A stretch of 54,985 bases of DNA, the filler included, from Stramenopiles sp. TOSAG23-2 (Eukaryota): NCBI GenBank assembly GCA_900128395.1. It is 4 parts of 4 records of this genome, joined end to end, with 100 filler letters (N's around TTAATTAATTAA, not from the genome) between each part and the next. Parts side by side here need not be neighbours in the genome. Positions count along the whole stretch, not along the records: positions 41,360 to 54,985 come from LT649792.1; 3 more parts are not named here. One strand, given 5' to 3'. The notes below the pieces were generated by a model, which ran no database searches, was not told the DNA's origin, and saw only the letters and a list, made by a program, of their open reading frames with translations. This document shows positions 43,988-54,335 of the stretch, in pieces; position 1 is the first letter of the stretch; each line of letters opens with the position of its first letter. Both the position numbers and the translations under genes were made by a program.

Positions 43988-44250
43988 ATGAAAACAAATA
44001 ACACTAGTAATGCTAGTAACTATGACAACGATGAAAATGATTATGACGATGAAGATGATGAAAATAGTATTTTTCGTGGAATGTGCCCGATATGTAGTGA
44101 GAATGTACCAATTGATTGTGTTTTTTTAGATTGTGGTCACAATATATATTGTTGGAAATGTGGGGTTGATGAATTTGATCGAAGGATTGCACCACATTAA
44201 AAATACATCGTACACTCAGATCTTAAAGGGTGAAATTTTTACTACTGCTC
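43988..44250 (+). pseudogene. Decayed RING-finger and protein-kinase fragments
   Basis: CPICSENVPIDCVFLDCGHNIYCWKC lacks the last CxxC of a RING-HC. After the stop the same frame reads KYIVHSDLKG* (HxDLK catalytic-loop-like), and LIEGLHH lies in an overlapping frame. Confidence 0.5.
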
Positions 44251-44350
44251 ATATATGTGTAATAAAAATAAAGTATGAGCGAGGTGTGAGTTGTATAAAG
44301 GGAAATTATATATATATGAAGAGATATAAAAAAATATCACATTACGAATC

Positions 44351-44381
<31 letters not shown>

Positions 44382-44382
44382 G

Positions 44383-44569
44383 TAACATATGAGTAAGAGA
44401 AAAACACATATATAGTCATACATATTATGACATATGATATATACGAGTATGATTAGTATGCATATATATATATAATAATATGATATATAATATGATATAT
44501 CATATATGTGTTTTTCTCTTACTCATATGTTATATATCATATATGTGTTTTTCTCTTACTCATATGTTA
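44383..44569. repeat. 31-bp perfect inverted repeat with duplicated right arm
   Basis: TAACATATGAGTAAGAGAAAAACACATATAT (44383-44413); reverse complement at 44502-44532 and again at 44539-44569. Confidence 0.85.
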
Positions 44570-45201
44570 TATAAAATTCTTTTACTCCCGTTTATTAACA
44601 TCTCAAATCAAAAATGATTTATAAATTTTAGTAAAAATTATTTAGTATTCAAAAGATTGTTCCTCTGTCTGTGATTCAGAGCTAAATGAAAGAGGTCCTC
44701 CTTCATAAAGTTGTAAATCACATTCTTTAATCAATCTAAATGTTTTCTCATTGTCGTTATCCAATTTAACTTTCAATTTTCCATCCTTACGGGATATATA
44801 TCATATCATATCATATGCATACGAGTATATATTGAAGTTACAAGAGTTATTGACACATTTTGTGAGATATCATAGATATGATATGATATCATATTTTTAA
44901 TATTTGGCTCAGGGTCACTCTTTAACTTGTATTCTTTTGAGAGTAAGAATTGTCATGGGTATTAGGAATATAAAAAATTAAAACATACCAAGTTAGGGTT
45001 ACATTTATTCAATTAATACATGTGAAGTTTTTAAAAAAATATAAAATACACGAAAGTATTGAGCATATTACTTAACACGAGAAGTGTAAAATTATTATAA
45101 CTTTTTAGATTTTAACTACATTAAATACGAATGTTCGCCTTGTACAAGTCGTATATATATTTTTTACGTATAATACGACACGACACTATGACTGAAACGT
45201 G

Positions 45202-48200
45202 TTATACTTTATTTTTTATGGAATCTTTTTTTGATGGATTTTTCTTTGTCAATTCCAACTTGAAAACAGGGTTTGAAACTTCTGTACGACTAATGTTGGT
45301 CTCTTGAGAATTGTTCGTTGTATCTTCTGATTCAGAATTTATGCTTGAGTTTGTTGTGCTTTGAAATGATCGCTGTGATCGCAACTTTCGTATCATTGAA
45401 TCGGTGCTTGGAATGCTTTTATTAATCTTTTTACATGATGAATTGACTACTTTTGCAACTTTTGGAAAGTAATAAAAAATTACTAAAACTGTGGTACTCC
45501 ACCATAGAGCCATTCCAAAAAATAAGTCAATGCTACTGCCATCACCCTCAAACCTTATAAACTGTAAAGATAACAACAATGGAATGGCCTGTGAAAACAT
45601 TATATTATATAAGGAAAATGCAACTGGCTTGCTACTATTAAATTCTTTTATATGGACATTTCGATTGGCCATAGCTAATTTAACGCCATAAAGTAATAAG
45701 AAAGCTTCCAAGCAAGTAATTATTGTTTTAAACCGATCAGTCTCATTAGGGCCTGTATAGACTTCACAATGTGCTCTGTAAATAAATATTTTTTTTCCGT
45801 CCACATCAAGAGTAGAAAATTTAAGCTGCGGTTCACTGGAATTATCCCACTCAACAATTGTCCAAACTATGCAATATATCATAGTAAATGATAAACCTAT
45901 TACCGTTTTATAAACCATGTACCTAGCTTCTCTTGCGCCACGATGCTTACTCATTCTTCTATTAGAAGCCATTAAAAGTTTGGTGATTGTACCTAAAATT
46001 ACAAACAGTGGTACTAGCGCAACAACTATACCCAAATGCAAACAAAACCTAGATGCAATGCAATGAATCGTACCAGGTGTTTTGTTCTTTGAATCATAAC
46101 TAGGTTCAGTCATTAACAAAAGTACATGGATATATATTAATATACAGCCACTCAAAATTACCATTGTATATAATGGTTGATTACGTTTGATTTCTTTATT
46201 TGTTTTTCTATTTTTCCAGACAAGGGTAGCTAATGCAATACAAAATACAATACCTAAAATAGCTAGAATTTGAAATATCAAAAACAAGTAATGAATAAAG
46301 TCAGTTCTCTCATAGAATGCTTCAACGTTAGGTGCTAAATATTTTTCATTCACTCCTTTCATCCATCCTTGGATCATAGTTAGTACATTGCGGGCAGAAA
46401 CTTCTTCTTTTTTGCCATCTTCAAGGTATGTATCCATTTCTATTCGAGCAACTTCGCATACAGCTTGATTTATTAAATATTGCTCCACGCTCTTTATTGG
46501 TTTACCGGAATCCAAAACCTCCTTTTTCATCTTCAAAAATTTCGTAATTATTTCTTCTAACAACTCGTCGTTGATCATAAAATGTTTTAAAAAGTCATAT
46601 GATGGTTTTGATACATTGTCATCATAATATAGAGCTCCTGCTAAATTTTTACCTTCCCTAATCAACAGATTTGATACGACTTTATCTAATGGATCTGCAT
46701 TGTAATCACATGAAGAATCTTTATATTTTATATCTATTATAGTCTTATTTTTTTCGACGTAGCATACACCTTTTATTTCGCCCTTTACCTTGTGTGCTGA
46801 TATTTTGCCCTGTTGCGCTCGGCATTTGGTTGTGCTAGGTGGGAACGCAACGCGTATCATTTCATGACTTTCTTTATTTAATTTTACCTCAAATGGCAGT
46901 ACATCTGGTTTCCACCACCACATAAAAAATGCTTCGTCATTTTCTGCAGATGCATATATTATTTGGTCTATATGTTTTAGTTTATAACCACCTCGTGTTG
47001 AGTTATTTCGACCTTTATATCCTATCGATATATTATTACCATGAAACATAATTTTCGAATATTCTGACCAACCGCACAAATCAATGGTTGTTAAATATCC
47101 AATATCATCATCGGCTACAAAGTATCCCCCATATACTATTTCATTTTTATCATTCCTTTTGTAATAATCGTCTTTATAATCTTTCATGTTAGCTGGTATT
47201 GGACATACACGTTCTACATTATCGACACTGCTACTGTTACTACTACTGTTGTAATAATTTACGCAATAATCATTCCAAGTAATTGGATACTTAAAGATTT
47301 TAGCATTTCGCTTTCTATACTTTTCCGTAAAACCTCTATATGATGCTAAATCGGGATACATGTCCACTAAATAACGTGGAATATAAAGCCCAATTTGACC
47401 TGTAATACCTAAAGGCATGGGTCTCACGTTGGATATATCCGCGGTAATTTCATGGTCTAGAGTTCTCCAAACTTCCATCATTGCATCTCCACAATTATTA
47501 TTCCTTGAATTTTTAGCGTCGTTACACATAACGATAGATTCCAAACTATACGTTTTGCTGATGTCGCGACTATACATTGGTTTATCTAGATAATCTTCAT
47601 AGAAACCTTTTGAGTGTATGATATTTGGATTTTTTGCATTAGGCTCATCATCATAATAATTTGTTGTTGCATCTGACTTTTTATAATTATTATTATCGAA
47701 AACAAATATTGTTGGTAACTTTAATATTTCAACAGCAAATATTTGAGCAAGTTGCCCCGTCAATTGAGTGGACAACCAATTCTGAGATAAAATTTTCAAA
47801 GTATAATTTTTATATATAGACACACTTGTATAATTAGTGCAGTGTTGTGTGTCCTCGGTACTGTCAAGACAAACACGGCATTTTCTGTTATGTTCTTTGT
47901 CATTGCAATTTCTATTTTTTAAGTCCTCTAGTTTTAATGGTAGACCTTCCTTTGCTTTTTCGAGTCTACTTTTGAACTCCAAGTCCGACATATATTCCTG
48001 TCTACTTTTGATCTCCTCATCCGACATATCAGGAGTCTGTGTCATTGCCTTCTCATAAGAGTATCCACTCAAACAACCATATTTACTAAAGGTATTTATA
48101 CACTTTCCATTTTCACCACACTCTGGCTTATAAGTCATTTTAAATGTTGTATTTATGCCAGTAAAAATTTGGCAATCATCATCTTTTTTACAAGGACAAA

Positions 48201-48303
48201 CGTTATTCTCAGTTGGTGCTAAACATGCAGATGTATATAAAGCAAAATATATAAAATTTAAGAAAATAGTATATTTTATTACGTAGCAAGCGTTGAACGC
48301 CAT
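45202..48303 (-). CDS. Class C (GABA-B-like, 7tm_3) GPCR with Cys-rich N-terminus and OpuAC/ProX-like solute-binding ectodomain
   Basis: Signal-like N-terminus and seven hydrophobic helices with class C features (EIKRNQPLYTMVILSG, CIASRFCLHLG, LLLYGVKLAMANRNV...FNSSKPVAFSLYNI). Ectodomain motifs NWLSTQL, DAMMEVW, LGITGQIGLYIPRY and FMWWWKPD. Confidence 0.8.
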   Translation of the reverse strand: MAFNACYVIKYTIFLNFIYFALYTSACLAPTENNVCPCKKDDDCQIFTGINTTFKMTYKPECGENGKCINTFSKYGCLSGYSYEKAMTQTPDMSDEEIKSRQEYMSDLEFKSRLEKAKEGLPLKLEDLKNRNCNDKEHNRKCRVCLDSTEDTQHCTNYTSVSIYKNYTLKILSQNWLSTQLTGQLAQIFAVEILKLPTIFVFDNNNYKKSDATTNYYDDEPNAKNPNIIHSKGFYEDYLDKPMYSRDISKTYSLESIVMCNDAKNSRNNNCGDAMMEVWRTLDHEITADISNVRPMPLGITGQIGLYIPRYLVDMYPDLASYRGFTEKYRKRNAKIFKYPITWNDYCVNYYNSSSNSSSVDNVERVCPIPANMKDYKDDYYKRNDKNEIVYGGYFVADDDIGYLTTIDLCGWSEYSKIMFHGNNISIGYKGRNNSTRGGYKLKHIDQIIYASAENDEAFFMWWWKPDVLPFEVKLNKESHEMIRVAFPPSTTKCRAQQGKISAHKVKGEIKGVCYVEKNKTIIDIKYKDSSCDYNADPLDKVVSNLLIREGKNLAGALYYDDNVSKPSYDFLKHFMINDELLEEIITKFLKMKKEVLDSGKPIKSVEQYLINQAVCEVARIEMDTYLEDGKKEEVSARNVLTMIQGWMKGVNEKYLAPNVEAFYERTDFIHYLFLIFQILAILGIVFCIALATLVWKNRKTNKEIKRNQPLYTMVILSGCILIYIHVLLLMTEPSYDSKNKTPGTIHCIASRFCLHLGIVVALVPLFVILGTITKLLMASNRRMSKHRGAREARYMVYKTVIGLSFTMIYCIVWTIVEWDNSSEPQLKFSTLDVDGKKIFIYRAHCEVYTGPNETDRFKTIITCLEAFLLLYGVKLAMANRNVHIKEFNSSKPVAFSLYNIMFSQAIPLLLSLQFIRFEGDGSSIDLFFGMALWWSTTVLVIFYYFPKVAKVVNSSCKKINKSIPSTDSMIRKLRSQRSFQSTTNSSINSESEDTTNNSQETNISRTEVSNPVFKLELTKKNPSKKDSIKNKV

Positions 48304-48993
48304 CCTCTATATACGCTTAATAATATCACACTAATCTCTGAATGTAAATATGATGCTAGAATATATTATGCTCTACGTGTGTATGATAAATTGCACATAC
48401 GATACACATAATATATATACATAGTGTAAAAGTGCAAAAGGCAAAGAAAAAAGCTGTGGGCAACGGCGTGCATCATGCCTGTGGTACTGGCTGAATTGAT
48501 TTTTGTTGTTGTATGGTTGTGGACAAAAGCCAGGAAAATATTATAGTATAAATATTAGTATATTAATAATAGAGATTTCTCTCTGACAAAAGGCTGGAAG
48601 GCGGCTGATGTCATTATGAGAGGATCCGATCCTCTCTAGATGTCATCCCGATTCTTGTTTTACCATTTATACCACATGACCCAAATAGGCATTACACAAT
48701 ACTTGTTATAATACTAAACGTGATAAAACAAGGATTCCTAACTGAAAAGATAAGATGGAATGAGAATGCCAGAATGTGATACGGAAAAAGTAAAATTTAA
48801 CGAAAACAAAAATTACCCCAGAAAAGCCCAGAAGAAAACATGTTGTGCCAAAAAACCAACAGAATGATTTTTAAATTACATCTCACATCTTACGTGTGTG
48901 TGTATATATATATATATACTAAAAAATATTTTCTTAAAAATGGAGTTTCATATGAAACTCGTACCAACGAACGCGTATATAATATATATACTT

Positions 48994-51900
48994 TTACTTT
49001 GTATCATCAGATACGGTAAAATTCTCAGATCGCCATTGATCATAATAATATACATCGCCTTCATTACTAAAATTAGTATGTAAAAAATTTTCAATATGTC
49101 TCATTGTTTCATCGACACGCAATGCACTTGGTGCCGCCAATAAGTCATGTGCAGATGGCTCCTCGTCGCTTGTACCAATTTTATAATATGAAAATAAATG
49201 TGGGTCTTCTTTCCATACTAAATGTTGTGACAGTGATTCAATTTCATCATTTAGTAATACTTCGTCAGCGGGGGTTGACATTACCAATGTTGGCTTTTTT
49301 AATACTAATTTATCAGCAACCAATTCATTCTGTACTTGTTTCACTGCATTCATCCATCCAGCTGTTACGTGCAAATCTTTCGTATTTTTCAACTCATCTG
49401 TAAAACCATACGTTTTATACAAATTTAATGAATATTCACTTTTTTCACCACCAGTGGAATTCATAATAGTCGATGGATCCAATGCACCAGCTTTCATACC
49501 ATCATCTAATTTATCCACTAAAAATTTATTATACCATGGCAAGTTCCAACTCCAAAAAGGCGAATTGAAAATATAACCATCAATTGCACCTCTCCATGAT
49601 CCATTTGAACTACTACCATCTGCGCCGTACATAGCAGCAACTAAACCACCTGTTGAATGTGCATAACATACAATGTTTTCATAATATTTACCACATCCAA
49701 TATTATTTGTAAGAACAGTTGATTTACCCCTGCCATAAGAAGCAACTGAAAGTGGGGTTGGACGTTTTAAAAAAGAAACTGTTGCATCTATTTCTTCTAA
49801 ATATTCACTAAAATCGTATGAATCATGCCCCAGTAATTCATCTGATATACATGGCGTTACACCGTCTATATCCATTTTAGAACGCCCACAACGCCTTAGA
49901 TCTAAAACAAACAAATCAAACCCAGCATTTAATACCCGATTTAATATATGTACATGAAAAAATGAATCATTTCTACCTGGAATCCACAATAATGCTTTGT
50001 CATTTCCAGGTAATTGTTTCATTGTCAACACAGCTCGTTCATTTTTTAAGCGCTTATTACTATGCAATGGTATCGATAATGATGTTAACCTTGCATTTTC
50101 AATGCTTTGCTGCGTTACACGTTGTGTACCTTCATAAAAGTCCATCGTTTCCTTTATTCGTTTTTCTTTGATTTGCGATATGTATTTTTCTGGATTTTGC
50201 CACCATCCCTCCAATTCAGGCGGTGAATGTTTATCAGCAAATGCACGTAAGTCACTTTGCAACTTACTTCGATCTGCCCGTAAATTATCCACAATGTTCT
50301 TGCTTAGCAATAGGCGCAAAGATCCTTTCATAGTCGTAAATGCAGTAACAAATGGACTTTGGTGTACAAATGTATAGCCAGAAATGGCAAATACCGGCAA
50401 GGTTGCTAAACCACTCATCACAGAGCTTGTATAGAGACCTACGCTTGTTGCAACAATTGGGTAGTATAATAAGATCCCAGCAAGTCCAGCTACTATTCGC
50501 ATAGTTGCCTCGACTGAACGATCGCCATACTCATCTACTCCCATTTTCGTACCAACAATTTGTGCTAATCCTAAGATTGGAGAGTGTAAAATGCCACCTA
50601 ACATCCCTATTGGCTGTTTCAAGAATGTTGTTAATATTTGTGTACGTGCTTTTGTACGCAATATAGTTAGACGCTCATTCAATGGGTCAGAACCTTTTGC
50701 ATACATTGCTACATATTTGTCAGTAACATCAATTTCATTTAATTTTCTGCCATATTCTTCGATTCGTTTATATAAACTTTGAAATTCTGGATCATCTAAA
50801 CGCCTGACAGCAACATTTGCAAACGAACGAGTCAGGTCAGCATATTGGCCTAATGTCAATTGTGCACCATATGGTTTATAAATATGTCGTGCTAAATGCA
50901 TAATATTTATAAAATCCCAATCTTCAGGTGTTGGTTGTATATTTGCTAAACCAAATAATGCCTTCCTCGCTGCATCACGTTGTAACTCTATATTTGGCAT
51001 CTCTTTCACTAATTGTGATGTCCGTGCCAATATCGTATCCGCCTTTGCTTTTCGTACTCGTTTTCTTGCTTCTGCAACTGTTTCATAATGTGCCACACTG
51101 GTAAATGTATATTCGCCAACTTTTATTTGACATTGTTCCTTTCTACGCTCCAGACGTATCATTTGTTCATATTCCTTTAAATTTAATGTATTTTCATCTT
51201 CTCCATCACCAGTAGAAAATTGATTTATCATTTTCTTTGCTTGTTCCGTTGTGACATTAGTATCCAATTTTTCATTTAATAGCTTTGCAAGCTCTTCAGG
51301 TGTTAACATACCATCTTTATCCAAATCATACTCATAAAATGTATTTCTATCAATGCCTTCATCTTTCTTATTACCGATACTTGATATACCTTGTTGTTCA
51401 TACCATTTTTTCTCTTTTCTTAAAACATCATATACTGGTTCTCCCAAACTACGGTGCTTACAAAATTGTGCTAATTCATTTCTCCAATCAGGAACACGAA
51501 CAGTTACTTCATTTAAATGTCTTTCGATTCTATTTGTCATCATTATCTCAGCGTTTTTTTGCGTGTTGCGATCATCGCTACTGTACATGTCCAATAGATT
51601 ATCTGTAACTTCGACTGGGCGTCCAATATCAATTAATACTTTTGCTCGAAACTGTGCACCGGATGGGACAGAATATGTAATACCAATAGGAAATATTGGT
51701 ATTCTCATTTGACCCTTTGATCCTTTGCTAACTTGCAATGCCATGCGTGCAGTTCCTACTTTCAACGCCTTGATTTGTGGAGTCGAATGGCATGTACCTT
51801 CGGGAAATATACATACATTAACACCATCAATTAGCCTTGATGTTACCGTGTCAAACATTTCTTGATTCATTAATTGACGTTCTTCTTTTGGCATTTGTTT

Positions 51901-52206
51901 TTCAGGTGGGAGGTCTGGATCATATGGTTGTGCTACCGGTACACTTTGCATAACTTTTAAAAAAAACGAGACAATTGGTGCTTTGAACAAGCCATATTTT
52001 GCAACGGTACTTATATTTGTATCAGGCAATGCAGTCATAACTGCCATGGGATCTAATAAACCAGACGGGTGGTTACCCGCAAATATTGCCCCATGCTTCA
52101 CATTGATTTTTTGTAAATTTCGCAAGCCTCTCACTTCAATTTCAGATATGTACAAACGTGTCATGAAATGGATGAAGTTTCGTATTATTGGTTTTAAATT
52201 CTGCAT
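48994..52206 (-). CDS. Fusion: glycerol-3-phosphate acyltransferase (Gpt2/Sct1-like) with dsRBD-like/EF-hand insert + alpha/beta-hydrolase
   Basis: Acyltransferase NHPSGLLD (HxxxxD) and IFPEGT; EF-hand DLDKDGMLTPEE; TM block. Hydrolase WIPGRNDSFFH, LDLRRCGRS, AHSTGG nucleophile elbow, FNSPF, DEVL and AHDLL. Confidence 0.85.
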   Translation of the reverse strand: MQNLKPIIRNFIHFMTRLYISEIEVRGLRNLQKINVKHGAIFAGNHPSGLLDPMAVMTALPDTNISTVAKYGLFKAPIVSFFLKVMQSVPVAQPYDPDLPPEKQMPKEERQLMNQEMFDTVTSRLIDGVNVCIFPEGTCHSTPQIKALKVGTARMALQVSKGSKGQMRIPIFPIGITYSVPSGAQFRAKVLIDIGRPVEVTDNLLDMYSSDDRNTQKNAEIMMTNRIERHLNEVTVRVPDWRNELAQFCKHRSLGEPVYDVLRKEKKWYEQQGISSIGNKKDEGIDRNTFYEYDLDKDGMLTPEELAKLLNEKLDTNVTTEQAKKMINQFSTGDGEDENTLNLKEYEQMIRLERRKEQCQIKVGEYTFTSVAHYETVAEARKRVRKAKADTILARTSQLVKEMPNIELQRDAARKALFGLANIQPTPEDWDFINIMHLARHIYKPYGAQLTLGQYADLTRSFANVAVRRLDDPEFQSLYKRIEEYGRKLNEIDVTDKYVAMYAKGSDPLNERLTILRTKARTQILTTFLKQPIGMLGGILHSPILGLAQIVGTKMGVDEYGDRSVEATMRIVAGLAGILLYYPIVATSVGLYTSSVMSGLATLPVFAISGYTFVHQSPFVTAFTTMKGSLRLLLSKNIVDNLRADRSKLQSDLRAFADKHSPPELEGWWQNPEKYISQIKEKRIKETMDFYEGTQRVTQQSIENARLTSLSIPLHSNKRLKNERAVLTMKQLPGNDKALLWIPGRNDSFFHVHILNRVLNAGFDLFVLDLRRCGRSKMDIDGVTPCISDELLGHDSYDFSEYLEEIDATVSFLKRPTPLSVASYGRGKSTVLTNNIGCGKYYENIVCYAHSTGGLVAAMYGADGSSSNGSWRGAIDGYIFNSPFWSWNLPWYNKFLVDKLDDGMKAGALDPSTIMNSTGGEKSEYSLNLYKTYGFTDELKNTKDLHVTAGWMNAVKQVQNELVADKLVLKKPTLVMSTPADEVLLNDEIESLSQHLVWKEDPHLFSYYKIGTSDEEPSAHDLLAAPSALRVDETMRHIENFLHTNFSNEGDVYYYDQWRSENFTVSDDTK

Positions 52207-52871
52207 AAGGCGGTGGTGTAAATCTTAACAAAGATATTTTGGGAATCGAAACAATAGGTGGTGGAATTCAACTTAATGAACCTGTTCTGAATGGCATAGA
52301 AATTTTAAAATAATTGCGTTAAAAGAAAAAAATTGCTCTTTTACTATAAATATTTTTTCCCACTCTATGTATATATATATATATATATATTAAAGAATAA
52401 AAAGAAAGAATACACAATGCGGTACACTATTTGTATGCATTTACACGTCCATATATATAATTAGATCTGGTCTATTCTCGTTTTCTTTTTTTCTTTTTTT
52501 TTTTTCTGATATACTATATTATTATTATTTTTACATGTAAATTATATTAACGACAGTTGTTGTTGCAGTTGTTGTTATTAAAATATAAATAATAATAATA
52601 TATACATGTGTGTTGTTGTTGTAAAAATGATGGGTGAATAATCACATAATACATGGAAATAATCGAGTAGAGAGTAAGAAATACTTCTAAAGCAGTTTTA
52701 ATATATATTGCATCTACTTCTGAAATATCAATATCTAAAATAGTACGAAAGAAAGAAAGAAAACAAACAACAATAGCAACGAAATTTTAATCAATTGTAT
52801 TTTTGTGTTTGTGTGTATATAATACATATATATATTAATTAATTAATAATAATTAATAACAATAATAAAAA

Positions 52872-53759
52872 ATGTCTTTGCAATTTAGTGAAAGTTCCAA
52901 ATCAGAACAATCAAATCCATTATTAGTGGGGGAAGTCATCAATAATTCAACAACAAAACCAGGAGAATTTACAATGTCACGTCTCTCAAATCCTCGCCGC
53001 AATGGATTAAAAATCGCAAATGTAAGACAACAAGATGTACCGTTGGTAGCTAAATGTTGTTCATTAATATGTTGTCCTTTAGCGTTTATGGGAACTGCAT
53101 ATACCGTAGATCAACAAACTGAAGCTGCTGTACTTCATTTAGGTGTCTTAACACATATTGAAAGAACCCCAGGCCTTCATTTTGCTTGGCCATGTTTTCG
53201 TGAAGTTAAAACAATATCAACAAAACATCGTACTGTATCATTGCCATCTATGAAAGTTGCTGATCAGTCTGGAGCACCCATTTTAGTCAGTGCAATATTA
53301 AATTATTATGTGGAAGATGCAAAACAAGCAATATTTAATGTAGAAAATTTTAATAGTTATGTTTTAAATAACGCCGAAGCTGTTCTCAAACAAGTTGTTG
53401 GACGTTATTCATATTATCAATTAAAAAGTGAGACTGAACAAATAAACCAAGCCATGTTAGATACAATTACCCCACTAGTCAAAGTCGCGGGTGCAAAAGT
53501 AACATCAATGTTATTAAATGAATTGAATTATGCACCTGAAGTTGCAAGTGGAATGTTAAAAACGCAACAAGCAGGAGCATTGCTTGAAGCACGAACGATT
53601 ATTGTTGAAGGCGCGGTAAAAATTGCTCTTGACGCAGTTAAAATGTTGGAACAATCTGGTTTAAAAATGACGGAAGAAGGCAAATCAAAAATGGTATCAA
53701 ATTTATTAACTGTTAGTGTTAGTGATGTTGATGCTACACCAACCATATCTATGTCATAG
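52872..53759 (+). CDS. SPFH/band 7 domain protein
   Basis: AAVLHLG...PGLHFAWP, KVADQSGAPILVSAILNY, LNYAPEVASGMLKTQQA.ALLEARTIIVEGAV and MVSNLLTV. The Cys cluster CCSLICCP may be palmitoylated. Confidence 0.9.
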   Translation: MSLQFSESSKSEQSNPLLVGEVINNSTTKPGEFTMSRLSNPRRNGLKIANVRQQDVPLVAKCCSLICCPLAFMGTAYTVDQQTEAAVLHLGVLTHIERTPGLHFAWPCFREVKTISTKHRTVSLPSMKVADQSGAPILVSAILNYYVEDAKQAIFNVENFNSYVLNNAEAVLKQVVGRYSYYQLKSETEQINQAMLDTITPLVKVAGAKVTSMLLNELNYAPEVASGMLKTQQAGALLEARTIIVEGAVKIALDAVKMLEQSGLKMTEEGKSKMVSNLLTVSVSDVDATPTISMS

Positions 53760-54335
53760 TATGAAATGTAAAATAATAGTTTTGGAGCGGGAAAATGATA
53801 TGAGAGGGTTGTAGGATAATATACTCTGTATGTGAAAGGAGATGTACATTTATGACCACGGGGAAACTAGAAAGTATTTGTTTTGTCACGCATGTTTTTA
53901 TGATATGACCATAAAATGGAAAATGTCTTCTATAACAGAGGATACGAAGTACACGAGATAAAAATATTTTTTATATTTTTTGTGTGTGTGATAGAGAGAC
54001 ACAGAATACGAAAACGTATAATATTTTTTATTTTTCAAAAATACATTAATATATACGTGTTAATATAATCACTCAAAAGACTCTTCTACTACTAATACAA
54101 TACGTGACGAAATGTAATATATATATACATTTTACATTTTATTTCCAGTATCAAACAGAGATGATCTTTTTTTTTTCTATTATCATTTATAAATAATCCA
54201 GAGTGAATTTTATACAAAACAACAATCAAACTGACTACACATGCGGTCCTATATATTTAATATGTACCATAAAACGTGCGCATAAATTGCATTTTATAAT
54301 TATAATCAAATTATCATCTAATTAAAAAAAATTGT

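Noticed and set aside
52210-52300. Possible TGA read-through or selenocysteine frame upstream of the acyltransferase (MPFRTGSLS*IPPP...)
   Set aside because: It is in a different frame from the main ORF, closes again at a second TGA, and has no homology or SECIS evidence; TGA is used as a normal stop elsewhere in the window.
1134-53746. Numerous short antisense or alternate-frame ORFs in the track
   Set aside because: They are shadow ORFs over well-supported genes or microsatellite-rich intergenic DNA, with no motifs.
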